Below are positions 28,146 to 40,700 of a stretch of DNA of 64,000 nt, piece after piece. This stretch comes from Trichoplax adhaerens (lineage: Eukaryota > Animalia > Placozoa): NCBI RefSeq assembly GCF_000150275.1, contig NW_002060946.1, forward strand, positions 1,450,202 through 1,514,201, in the 5' to 3' direction. Every line of letters begins with the position of its first letter. Position 1 is the first letter of the stretch. The position numbers and the translations under genes are program-made. The notes beneath the pieces were generated by a model that was not told the DNA's origin, ran no database searches, and worked only from the letters and a program-made list of their open reading frames with translations.

Positions 28146-29531
28146 ATGAGGGGTAAAAGCAAAATATTCCTCAGATCACTGGATTATTTGTCCAAATGGA
28201 AGCTACCGTTAAAGAATTCAGTGAATAGTATCACAATTTCCTATAATACACACGGAGGTATAAGCAAAGGTTTGAGGTAAGTAGGACGTATGTTCCTTCT
28301 TCTGAGAGCAACAATGCCATCATCATTCTCTCTTGATGGCCACTTGACAAATTTAGTCCATAAAATTGCCCTATCTTGTATAATGTCAATGGTGTAGACG
28401 CCTATTCTACTGTACTCGAGTCATTATGTACAGTATTACAAACTGATTACACTATCTATGTCAAGATTATCGTATCGGCTGTCTTCTACTGTATTTCCAC
28501 AGAAGAATAGCTCAATTAATTATACAGGATGATTACTAAAGCTTTAACTTGATTGCCTATAAATTTCTTACATCAAGAATATAGTATTAACCTTATTTTC
28601 AGCTATCATTGGTGTCTACTGCTCATAATACCGAGAAATTCTATAATTATAGGGAATTTGTAAAATATAAACTGCCGCAACTACAATACAACAATCCTAA
28701 AGTCCAAATGTTAAAATTTAAAAATCGCGCACCCGTGCCGAACATAACCCTATTCCATGGTAAGTCTAATAAAACTATCAATCTTGCATGTAGGCTTCCA
28801 ATCAATTGGGTTATGTGCAATACTTGATCATTATAACCTTTAAGGAATAAATTAAATGCACGAAGGGAGTAATAATCGATTGTTTACCATATAAATAGGC
28901 TAGGGTACAGTTTGATAAGTTCACTGTAAAATGAAATAAGTTCTATTAATAGCAAGCTTTGCAGATAGTGTTACAAAATTTAATCGCCATGTTCATTTGG
29001 TACTACGATTATAGACTCTCTATTTCATTTTATGTTATGTTTAACGTAGCTACAGTTAGAATTGGGAAAAAAATGCATTTTGATCAAATATCAAGTTCTG
29101 TAATTATTGTACGTGCACGTTAAAAATTTAAAAATACTTCTTGCAGACGATGGAAGGAAATGGACTATTGATGCTGAAAAAACTTCTATGCAAGAACTGG
29201 TCATGCAACTTGAGTCTGTAGCTAAAAAGGACAGGTTAGAAAATGTGTAGCTCATACATATGATGTAACTTGGTCGCAATATCGGCCTTAAATGCAATAT
29301 GGATAACAATATTTTACTCGATACAACTAACAATAGTATTATCCTCGTTATAGCAAAACTTTATTGCTTGAAGAACAGGCCAGAGCTAGCCAGCATAACC
29401 GTGCAAACTTTGGAGATGCTCGACAAGGCCATTTCTGTATGTGCGAAATTCCAGGTCAGGTGTCTTGTCCAGCAAAAAGGCTATTATCGGAGAAATTTAG
29501 AAAGAAACCGTGGATGCAGAAAGGACAATAG
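28146..29531 (+). CDS. MRPS25: Mitochondrial small-subunit ribosomal protein mS25, 4 exons
   Basis: Exons 28146-28276, 28653-28759, 29147-29234 and 29354-29531 give MRGKSKIFLRSLDYL..ISYNTHGGISKGLREFVKYKLPQLQYNNPKVQMLKFKN..DDGRKWTIDAE..HNRANFG..FCMCEIPGQVSCP. This matches mS25 including the C-x-C-E-x-x-GQV-x-CP tail. Confidence 0.93.
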
Positions 29532-31284
29532 AAACCAAAATTACCATGTTAAATTATACATTATTTTAGCAATTAAATGTACATTGTGATTCCAATACGG
29601 CTGTATATAAACCATTTCGATAAAGTACTGCATTAATAAAGCGTAAATTTATGACGCAAGGTATCTACGGTATACAGTAACTTCAATATGATAAAGCTCG
29701 GTAAAAGCTTCATACCTTAAATATTCTGATAGATCGAATAGACATCCTTTTACTCTATGATATTTTCTGCTGTATTCATATTTGATAATGCCTTGACCTC
29801 ACTGATTAACCACAGAATTAAATTTTAATCTTAATCTTACTGTGTGCAGAGTGCCATTTTAACGATATTACCGTTATGCTTACTATCAGGGAAGATACAT
29901 GTATTATCGATATATTGCTTAAAAACTTCATCACTTATTTTCAGCGCAATGCAAAGCAATATGGGTCTAATAATTAATTAATTGATAGACCAAATTAGAA
30001 ATTTTATCATATTAAAATAGTTTTAAATTGATCACAGACTTGCAAAATCTTAACATTTCAATTCATTCAATGCTTAATTATGTATTAATTATCGAGTTAC
30101 TGTATTTTCTGTAAAAAAAAGGAAAGAAGCAATAAGTAGCGGCAATAACGTGCAGTAAAACGATTCAATTGCAATCAAACTTTCTATGTTTACCGATAAC
30201 CGACAACTTATGAAAAATATCGTAATAGTAATCTTAGCAATAAAATTCGTTTGCATGAATTTCATTGCTAAGGTTACCGCTAATTTTCTTCAAGAAAGTT
30301 CACCGGAACCGAGGTGTCGGTGAAATTATACAGGGCGAAGCCTATCTTACCTCAAAACGCCATATTTCTCAAGTCAATACTGTACGACCGTAACCTACGC
30401 TTCTTTGTCCTCTCGGTGGACGTATGTAATATGTCTTAAATATCTTACTGAAAGACAAATTACTTTTGTAACATCCTATTAATTGATAATACTGTCCCTC
30501 TGCATTAGACATGTAGCTATACATTTAAAGGGTTATTACTGGCCACTTTCAGTTAATTGACATGACACATTAATATAACATTAGAGACCGAGAATGTAAC
30601 AACCAGGCAACCCATTTATTATTTATAAATCAAAGTTGCCTTAAATCTCTGCTAGTAGATCCATCCACTATTTTTAAGTATAATAAACCTGTATACTAAC
30701 AAAATCGAATGATTTTAATCCATTATTCTAACTATTAGGATATATACAGTAGCAGAGTTCGTGCACATTGACATGCTACGCACCTACTTTTACTATACAA
30801 TGTAAATGTTATAATGTTGTCAGCTATTTAGTATATTTAGACGACTCAAATATCTACAAATCGGCCTATTAATTTACAGAGAATACAATTTGAGAAGTAA
30901 TGAATGTTAATAGAATGCTGTCATCAGATTGCATAAAGTACTGTCCTCTGGCGCATTTACAATATTGTAACAATTAAAATATACACTGTACATAAGTAAA
31001 AATCAATCCTGGTTACGAACTACTAATGCTAAAATTATGTATGCAATCAATAACAGCTACCGTAGTTAGTCCTTTATCCATGATTTTATATAAGACTGTA
31101 TATATATGTTATATACTGATTAACAGACCTTCTTTTTCATAGCTTATCCAGTTCCTATTTATATTACTGTAGGACTATTTAAAGCGTATGAAATGCTAAT
31201 AATAATCATAAATGTTGTAAAAAAATTTACGATCAGCTGATTTAAGAACTTTTGTAGTTTATATGATAATATAATAAACAGTTG

Positions 31285-34200
31285 TTATTGATTCATGATT
31301 TCGGCCTGTATTTCAGATAAATTGCGTTCTAATGAAGCAACGTCGTCATATTTTCCTTCACTTCTAGCTATTTCAATGTATTTTCTTAAGTTTTTAGCTT
31401 GCTCTTCCCAGACATTAATTACATCTTCCGATGGAGCACTAATTGATCCGCGTACAACCCAATCATGGTTGGCTATTGCAGTAAAAATACATACCATAGT
31501 ATATAACCCTTAATATTTGTATAGATATAAAACACAAGCTAGACAAGTGCACAAATCGATATATACTTTTACGTACTGTCATTCTTGGAAGCAACTCGTC
31601 TTCGTTGGAAACTATCATTTGTATTAATATCTGATTTGACAGCAACAGAATGCTGATTTTTAGAAAATTCAACTCTAGATGTAGATTCTCCCCTATCAGG
31701 AGACATCGACGCCTGGTTTTTTGTATATTCTGCTCGTACTAAATTTTCGGCTCTTTCTAATTCAATCTTTCTTTGAATAACTGCTTTTCGCTGCCGTTGT
31801 AGATTATTCAATTCCTCTTCAGTAGGTAATCCAGGTAATGTTAACATTTTATCTTGTAAAAACTTAGTTGCGAATTGTCGTATACCGCGTCGCAATTTTT
31901 CTGAAGCAGAGTTAAACAATGTAGCGGAATCGGCCATGTCTACATCTAAAACGGCGATTTTTTTGCTGCCATAATATAGTAAGTGTATGTTTATTTCATT
32001 AGCATACAGTACAAAGAGAGTAAATTTATTATTTCAGTAAATCATATCATATCATTACCTTATTCCATCAATTTGTTCAAATAACTTGAGTAACTTAACG
32101 CGAAGATTGGCAGCGACCTCTAAACTATATTCACTCCCTCCAGCACTAAGTTTTAAAATAATCGTAGATACAATATGCACGTAAATATACAGATTCAAGC
32201 TGGTAACACAGCAGACCCGGTATGGGTATGGGACATGTTTTGATATAAACATCTCTAACATTACCAAAAAACATCTTTAGATAGATAGAAACCGCAAGAC
32301 TATTTTACCTGAGTGATTTAGCCATTTTTTCGTAATCTGGAATACCCTTTGTAATAGAATCCATATTTTCTTTCATTTTCTAAATTACAAATTATGTATC
32401 CATTATTATCTTACATAAAGTACTGTACACATTTTTTACAAAAGAATAACATATACATACGGGTACATATATAGTATTCATAATATTGTATTAACTTTGC
32501 TACAACAACACAATTATTACTACCTCATAATATACAAGAATGACAGGGCTTTCAAATTTTTCCTTAAGATGTTGCATATACCTATTATTAAGTTAATAAG
32601 ACACAAACATGTTATTGCTAGTGGCGAACCTATAAGACCAATAAACTATGTGCCTTTAGTTACATTTTGATCATTTACAGTTATCTAGTCAGTAATTACG
32701 AAATGAGTAAATAATCCGCGATCATAAGGATGAATACTATGGATTCAATCATTTATTTAAAGTAAAGTAAATATCAAAATACTACAATACAAGAAGTATC
32801 GGCTGCAGTTACTGTACGTGATAGACATACATCACCAAAGGTACAACATCGTTAATTTTAAGCCTAAAAGGTTTCTGTGAATCAAAATATATATGCCTAT
32901 TTACCTTGATAAACGAACATTACAGTTTGGACAAACTCGAAATGGTTCGCTTTCATCATCTTTCTGATTGTTACTAGCACGAGAGCTGGCAGTTGGTTCA
33001 ACTAGATATTCTATGATATTAGTAAAATATGAATTTATCAGTTTCATTACAGAATCTTTAATGGTTAATTACTCTAGTTCATTATCTATTGAGCATACTC
33101 GCAGTGGACACAAGGATAAAATAGGAACATTTTGCACAGATGACTACACCACATAACCGGCAATGGTGTCTTCTCCTAGTAATGTTAAAACTTTTACCAC
33201 AGCATTGGCAAGCAGATACATCATCATCTTGTGTCCATGGCACTACTTTTTTCTCGGCAGCTATATTGAAACAAGAGAAATGATTCTTCTACTTTAGCGA
33301 AAATTTAAATCAGGAGAGATTCGACTGTTTGCTATCATAGTTATCTATGTAGCTTACCTTTACGATAAAGTGGATTCACCTTGCTAACCTCGTTTAGCGA
33401 TTTTAGTAACTAAAGATTGAAAAAAATCAGTTATACTCTTGGTAAAAAGCGATGCCAGTTTCTACAGTAAATACTTGGGTTAGATTCGTGCTAGTATAAA
33501 AGCAATATACTTTGTTGATCTAGTTATACGGATACACATTGCAGAACAATACTATTTAGAATATCATAGAAGGGTAACAATGACAGCCTCTATACGATCA
33601 GACATAAAATCATTAATCTAGAATGAAGTTCAGTATACATACAATTAGGGCATCAAATGTAGCGTTCAGACTATATTATATTATTTCTTGTGTAGATTTT
33701 AAGTTCGACGACATAATAATTACTGCAACTATTTGCTGAAATAACAGTTTAAGCTTTGATCATATCGAGATTATCCAATTGTACTGTAAGTCAGAAAGTG
33801 TGTCATAATTTAACTAATCTATCTATACTATGCTACAATGACATGGTCGCAATGTTCAAAGATAAGACCTAAGATAGGTTTATTACCTTTTCTAGGCGAA
33901 AAACTAATTTATTCGTTTCCATAAAACCATGGTCAATAGACTGATTACGTAAGCGACGAAATTCTTCAGTTACACGATTGATTAGACCTGTAATTAATAA
34001 ATACACCATTTTAATGTAATTGATTGATTTTAAATACTAGCATCTAGTAAGAAAAGCTTTACTACCCCAAACATGAAGACCTATCTAGAACAGCCTATAT
34101 CGCAATCTATTCAATTGCGTTGCTTTCTATTTTATACCAAGCCAAGAATGGCATATAGTGAACAAATTTAAATATTTTATCAAATTGTAGAACAAAATGG

Positions 34201-36507
34201 GGGTATTATATCTATCATCAAGTAGAGAACTAGAAATGCTATCTCCACCTATATCTTTCCAAGAAACGTTTCATTTGTATTTGATTAATATAAGGCCAAC
34301 ATCTGGTGTACGCTAATCGCATACAACTTGAGTGCAAACAACAAGGATTTCATGGGTAGAATCAAACTGAATTATATATACGAGTAAATATCTACTATTA
34401 ACACCAAAAATATTGATTATCACAAATACTTATTTTGTTACAATATCAGATAATCTTGGCAATAAGCATGGGGCTAAAGAAAAATAGCAAGCTATTGCAA
34501 TAAAGACAAAACCTTTACATTTATTATCATGTAGCTAATAACTACATGGAATGGAATGTAATTAAACACCTATGAGGATCACCCAGTTTGTGCGAAAATA
34601 ACGGCTCTGTCAATCAGTGCTAAAAAAGAATGAAGTAATAACCCCCAAAGTTTCCTATTCCAAACCCAATGTAAACTATATTTTATGTTAGTCAACACGT
34701 ACACATCTTGATCATAATGATACTGTACCGGTAAGATGACTGTAAAAGTAATCATGAAATAATGCAAAAGTATAGTAGCATAACAATTCGTTGATGCTCG
34801 TAGAGAGTAAAAGAATGAACGGTATCTTGTACAAAGTAGGTATAAAAGATCATTTCAAGAGGAAGGTCAAAGACTCTTGCCAATTGGAGCAAAACTGTCT
34901 TATTCTAATCTAGTTGCTAGTCGAGATTATTACTTGATGATGAGCTATCACAAGTCTATTATTAAGCTGGACTGTCTTAACAGTTCCATCCAGAATATGT
35001 AAATCAAGGTCTGGAGCAAATTAAAAGTACAAGTAACTCTCTTCCTGGCTACTTCCAGCATACCAGTATATTGTTATATTGCTGAAAGGAGAGCGATATA
35101 AACAGAATGTAGAAATATTATCATGGATCAATATTATAGTTACACCGTATATATTTGGTGTGACTATTTCACTGCATGCGGGTCAAATAAAATCATTATA
35201 ATGGCATTCCATTGGATAGAGGAAAGGTGGCAAATTCACAGAAGAAAGTATAGAAATAGCGAATTTATTGGCTCCATTGTAGGCAGTCGCTCGTTATTTC
35301 TGTCCTTTCGTATTCTATAGTATAACGATTAATTATTGCATGCTTTTAATGGTAGTTTAGCTTCCCCTGAACCACAGCAAAGTGCTGTTGCTCATCTCCT
35401 ACTGTCTATGTATGGAAATTTTATTGTTAGATACCATTATGGACTACGAAATAACGCCATTGCATTATCAGGTAGGACTATCTGAGAAATAATAATAGCT
35501 TAACCTATTGGACACCAGTAATAACAGTAAATGAAATGGAATTCTCTATCGTAAGGAGTAGTGAAAGACAGCGATACTGATGCATAAAATGAAAGTCTAA
35601 AATGGGAATGGATTCTCATACGAGGAAGAGGATAGGAAACAAAAGCCGTAAATTAATTATGTCATGACAAGGTATAGAATTAGTTGATTATGCCTACGAT
35701 AGAGACAAAAAGATCAATCCATCCATCGTCTACAAATGGAACGATCACGGCTGTATACACTGGTTTGATGGTAGTGATTGTACGCTCATGATGCAATAGA
35801 TGGGGATATCATTCATAGAAGAAATGGATGAACGATGGATTACAGGATCGATTGTATTTTCCCCTCTTGGATAGCATCCTCCATAAAATGCAAATAATTC
35901 ATTCGACTGGTGATTGGTTGCAAGTAGATCTATAATATACAGAAAGATTCTTTGGAAATCATATGGAATCTGGCCTTGATGAAAGCCAGTCTATCTATTC
36001 AATGATGTTAATATGAATTATATACTTAATTGAAAGTATAGCACAAAGTTAGTTTAGCCATTGGCATTTCGGTGTGTTGCCTTCAGCATTAGGTAATTGA
36101 ATTTGACGTCATGCAAGGCGCCCAGTATCCAATCAATTTTACTACGATCGTGTGTCGGTACTTGAAAATTGTTCTACATAATAGGGCTAACATTGATTAA
36201 GAGACAGTCTGATCATGGGCTAGGTCAAAGACTGTCATGAAATAATAAGAGAAAACGAAAGAGAAGACAGAGCTTGCCATCCATTTTATCCTACTGCCAA
36301 GATGACAAACTTGACTTGGCCCAACAACTTACCGATTTCTTGTTTATAAAAGCGATCATCGTCATAATAGATCTCGTTAAATACGGGCAGAACTTTCCCC
36401 TTCGTTTTGCCATGTTCTAATGTAACATGTTGTAATAATAATTCTGCCGAAGTTAAATCTTTTTTACATTCTGGGCATAGGAAACCTTCTTTCATGTCCG
36501 CCTCCAT
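31285..36507 (-). CDS. RBSN: Rabenosyn-5 (C2H2 finger, FYVE domain, C-terminal Rbsn domain)
   Basis: MEADMKEGFLCPECKKDL..LLQHVTLEH; METNKLVFRLEKL; VVPWTQDDDVSACQCCGKSFNITRRRHHCRLCGVVICAKCS (FYVE); LTLPGLPT; EQAKNLRKYIEIARSEGKYDDVASLERNLSEIQAE*. Confidence 0.92.
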
Positions 36508-37449
36508 GATGGAATCGTTGGATAACGTCGTTGCTTGGATATCATACACACACACACTCTGACTACGATTCACCCACAACGACGTTGACCTGTTTACTCG
36601 TATGACATCATTGACATTCACTCGTGGATGGAGTTGACGCTGCCTACGGTACGATCGCATTGAGTTCGCTGGATACTCTAACTGTATAACGTACAGTAAG
36701 TACCGATGTTACTATACTGTACAGTATACTAGAACTACCTGAAAGCGTTATGCCATACTCTACCGTATAAAGCCTAGCCCTTCAGTCCAATGACCATGGT
36801 GGACAGTAGACTGTATCGTTACAGGCATACGATACACTGAAATGACCGGTAAGTTAGTCGGGCTTTAGCGGTAAAGCGAACGATCATTTCCCCTCGATCT
36901 CTTGATTCTTTTTCAACTCGACAATAGCAGCAACTGCTCCTACTGCTCATTGCTCAAAATGTGCAGCAAACTGACTATTTTACCATCATTTGCCTATATT
37001 GGAACACTGAAATCTTTACACTGTACAGAACTCCAATCGTTCTTACTTGTCAATGGTAATACTGCATGTATGGATCCACATTGTTCAATACTGTACTCTC
37101 TATTAGAAATCAATAGTAGTCATTTCTAGTAGTCGATGGTGATGCTAAAATGACCGGCAGCCTCCACACTTTTAGCAACAAACAGTTGTTAGCAGTCAGC
37201 TCTCTCTATCTTTGAGTCGTTACTGATACAGCATGCAGTGCTAGCGTGCTACATTGCAGCCTTGATGATATTATAGCAGGGTTATGGATATCATTGATTG
37301 CATTAATTCAAGTAGACGCATACTATAAATCCAGTTGACATAATTTGGCAAAGCAAAACGACAATCAACATGCAGGATTGCGGACTGCGGACATCTGGAC
37401 AAAATTACTCAACATACTCCACGCAAGCGTCAACGTATTGCCGGTCACA

Positions 37450-37463
37450 GTTGTTATGGAAAC
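37450..37463. promoter_or_regulatory. RFX X-box upstream of FBXL13
   Basis: GTTGTTATGGAAAC fits the X-box consensus GTTRYYATRGNAAC and lies 250 bp upstream of the ATG of a ciliary gene. Confidence 0.6.
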
Positions 37464-37712
37464 CAAGGATCATAATAGCCCATTTGGATACATTGGATGA
37501 TGGCCTTTGTAAACCAACTAAAACTTATTTGCAACGCCTATACAAGGTCTCTCTCTCTCTTATCAACTTATCTATCGTTGTTTAGTCACATATAAAGTAA
37601 AAGCAAACATTATCAATTACAGTAGTACATTCTTGGCGGCTTTGCTACATTTTATCCTTATCTTTTAAGTGATTGATCAATAAATTTCATATCAGTATTG
37701 ATCCATAGCATC

Positions 37713-40700
37713 ATGATATTACCATTGCAAAAGAAAGATCCTGAGCTATGGTTCTACCTAAAGAAACATAAGATGTTGGCACTATTCGAGGTGAGAATAA
37801 ATTTAAAAAATAGAAATATTCTTCTTGGAATAATACATGATAAACAGGTACATTAGCCTTAAATAGAACTATCGTTAAATACATATATTCCATCACTAAT
37901 TGGAAAACCTCGTATATGTAGTAATTTTCCAGAAAAAAATCTATGTAAAATAGAAATTTTCTATCTAAAACTGCAAAAGTGACGTTGAACTATAACCCAA
38001 CAGACACACAAATCTAAATGAGCAATATCCTTAAAACTGTATACTTGCCACATAGATTTACTCCACAAAAATAGTTTAAATAAATCAATTACAGTCATGT
38101 AATTCATCATGGTAAAATTTCTACAATCAAATTTACCCTACTCCAATACAAAGGTTGCTTCGTTATTGACTTTGTACAGTATTCAGTAACAGATTTATTC
38201 CTTTCATCTGCTTTAATGTTATCCTTATTTCTTTCATTGATACAATCAGAAATACCGCAACTGCTAATAATACAGCCAATAAACGTGATTACCAACGATA
38301 GGAATCAATAATATTTCACTATCTTGTAAATATTTCTTCCCCTTTAATCTATCTAAAGCGATTGTCAAATTTCTCCGTAAAAAAATGAAAGAGATACTAG
38401 ACCTATACCAGTGTTGGTTTATATTTCAATTTTTTATTAAATAAAGCAAGTTATAGCTCTACTTTATTAACTTTTTTAAGAATAAATAATATTACAGACT
38501 GACTGACTATAACTGTGATATGTCAGGTACCTATAAGAAAGTATAAAATCTTTTCGATATGATTATAGTCATTATATCATCCGCTACTGGGCAATAAATA
38601 TCACCAAAATTAGGATTCTAAAAATTCCGCTACTAATTACTTTAAACATACCTAAAATACGAATATTTTATTTAATCATAACCACATCTATGTTTTAGTG
38701 TATTCTGTCAGGGCTAATAGTTGAATGTCCAGAAGATCCAAAAGGGTTTATCATTGAGAAAATAAAGAGCCTACAAGGGCAAGAAATAAATGCTCAACTG
38801 ATATGGTAAAGTATTACTGCTGTCAAGTGCATACATAACTAATTCGGAAGCAGTTTTAAATATGGTTAGGTAACTTCTGATGCTATCTAAACTAATTATC
38901 AGGGATATGTTCATAAGTGAAGAGAACAAGCCTAAAGAAAGTATGATTAAAAGCTCTTGGATTGATTCAATATTTGATTTAGATTTTGAAGAAGATAACC
39001 AGGTTATAATAAATAACATTATACTAGGTTAAACATTTATCACTGGCGATCTATAGGTTTTCATTTTTACAATCAGATAATTTATATAAAGATTAATACA
39101 ACAACGTAATCAGTAATCATTGTTTGTATTTTACAGCCAACACCAGAAATGTACTACACTGCATATACATTCTATAATACCTACTTAACGGTCAAAGCTA
39201 TTAAGTAAGCATTAACTAGCATACAAATTATCTTAGCAATTTAAGAGTGGTTAATATCCTAAGGATTTATTCCATACTTTACAAGGGGATGGAAATTATT
39301 TCATCAATATCAAAAGGAAAAAAAATTGGAAATCGATAATCGGTATCGTAAAGCACGCCATTGGCACCGAAAGCGAGTTAAATGGCAAATTTTGATTAAA
39401 TGGCATGTATCCTAACTTATAACGTTTTCCATTAAAAGAAATGAATAGGAATATCATATCACAGTATTATATCAACGGAGTAAAATAGTGACATATACTC
39501 ATATAATGTGCTATTTACATATTAATTATGATGTTAATGTTATGAAAGTACTTCAGTTAACAATTTAGATGTATTTATAATCTAAATCAGACATAATATT
39601 GCATTTAATATGTAAGTTCCTCCTTAACTCCTGTATAACTTAATAGAAATGGATGAAGGTGCGAGCTGTGACACATAAAGGTAATTAAATTGCAATTTAT
39701 ATAATCTTTACAAAAAAATATTATCACTTATTAATTATTGAAATAAATAACCATTACTTAATCACTTTATTATACAAAGTAATTATTTTGCTTATTACTA
39801 TAAAAATTAGTCGCGTATCAGCGAGTACAAAGAATGTACCACGAATCATTATCGAAAAGGGTCCTACTCGCATGGCGTAACGTTATCGTTGAAGCTAGAA
39901 GAACGAAAGAATATTTTGCTGTAAGCCTATTAAAATTTCCACGATGTAATTATATCAATTATGTGTTGCTTTTATGTTCAGCTTTATTTACTTAGCTTAA
40001 ATATTTTCCCTAATAGAAAATAGAAAGGGGAGAAATAAATCCTGCTGAAGATAAACAGAAAACTGTTCGAGGCTCTATCATGAAGTTACCTATTGTAAAA
40101 GATAAAAATCAAGATGAATTATCGTTGTTGCCGCGTGCATTAGCTATAAAAGTAAGTTTATGAATGAAATAATGCTCGAAAGAAATCGTTACTAAATATA
40201 GTGCATCAAAAGTCACGTAATGGTAAAGTTTCCAAAACACCGCTGTAAATAAATTTTCTTCTTATTATTTCTCTATCTATAGATTTTCAGCTACTTAAAT
40301 CCACTAGATCTTGCTCGCTGTGCTCAAGCTTGTAGAAATTGGAAAGTTATTACACAAGCTAATCAGCTATGGAATAAGATTGATGTCTCTCATAAATCAG
40401 TCATCAAAAAGTACGAACACATATGAAATTAAATAAGCATTAATAACACGGTGGCAGTTTTTCTAAATATTTGAAGATTTTACAGCTTTTAGAAATATAA
40501 CATGGTCTATTTATTACAGAATCACCAGTCAAGTATTACAGAGAATTCTACACAAAGCAAGGCCATATCTAGGCCACTTGAATATCAGAGGATGTCGAGG
40601 TGCTGGCATGGAAGCCTTAAGAATAATTGGTAATTGATAAAATTAACTGTTATTGATTTTTATTAGGTACACCCATTAAAAATAATCATTGAAATAATAA

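Noticed and set aside
38026-38033. ATATCCTT as an AT-AC donor
   Set aside because: It lies inside FBXL13 intron 1, whose flanking exons join in frame without it.
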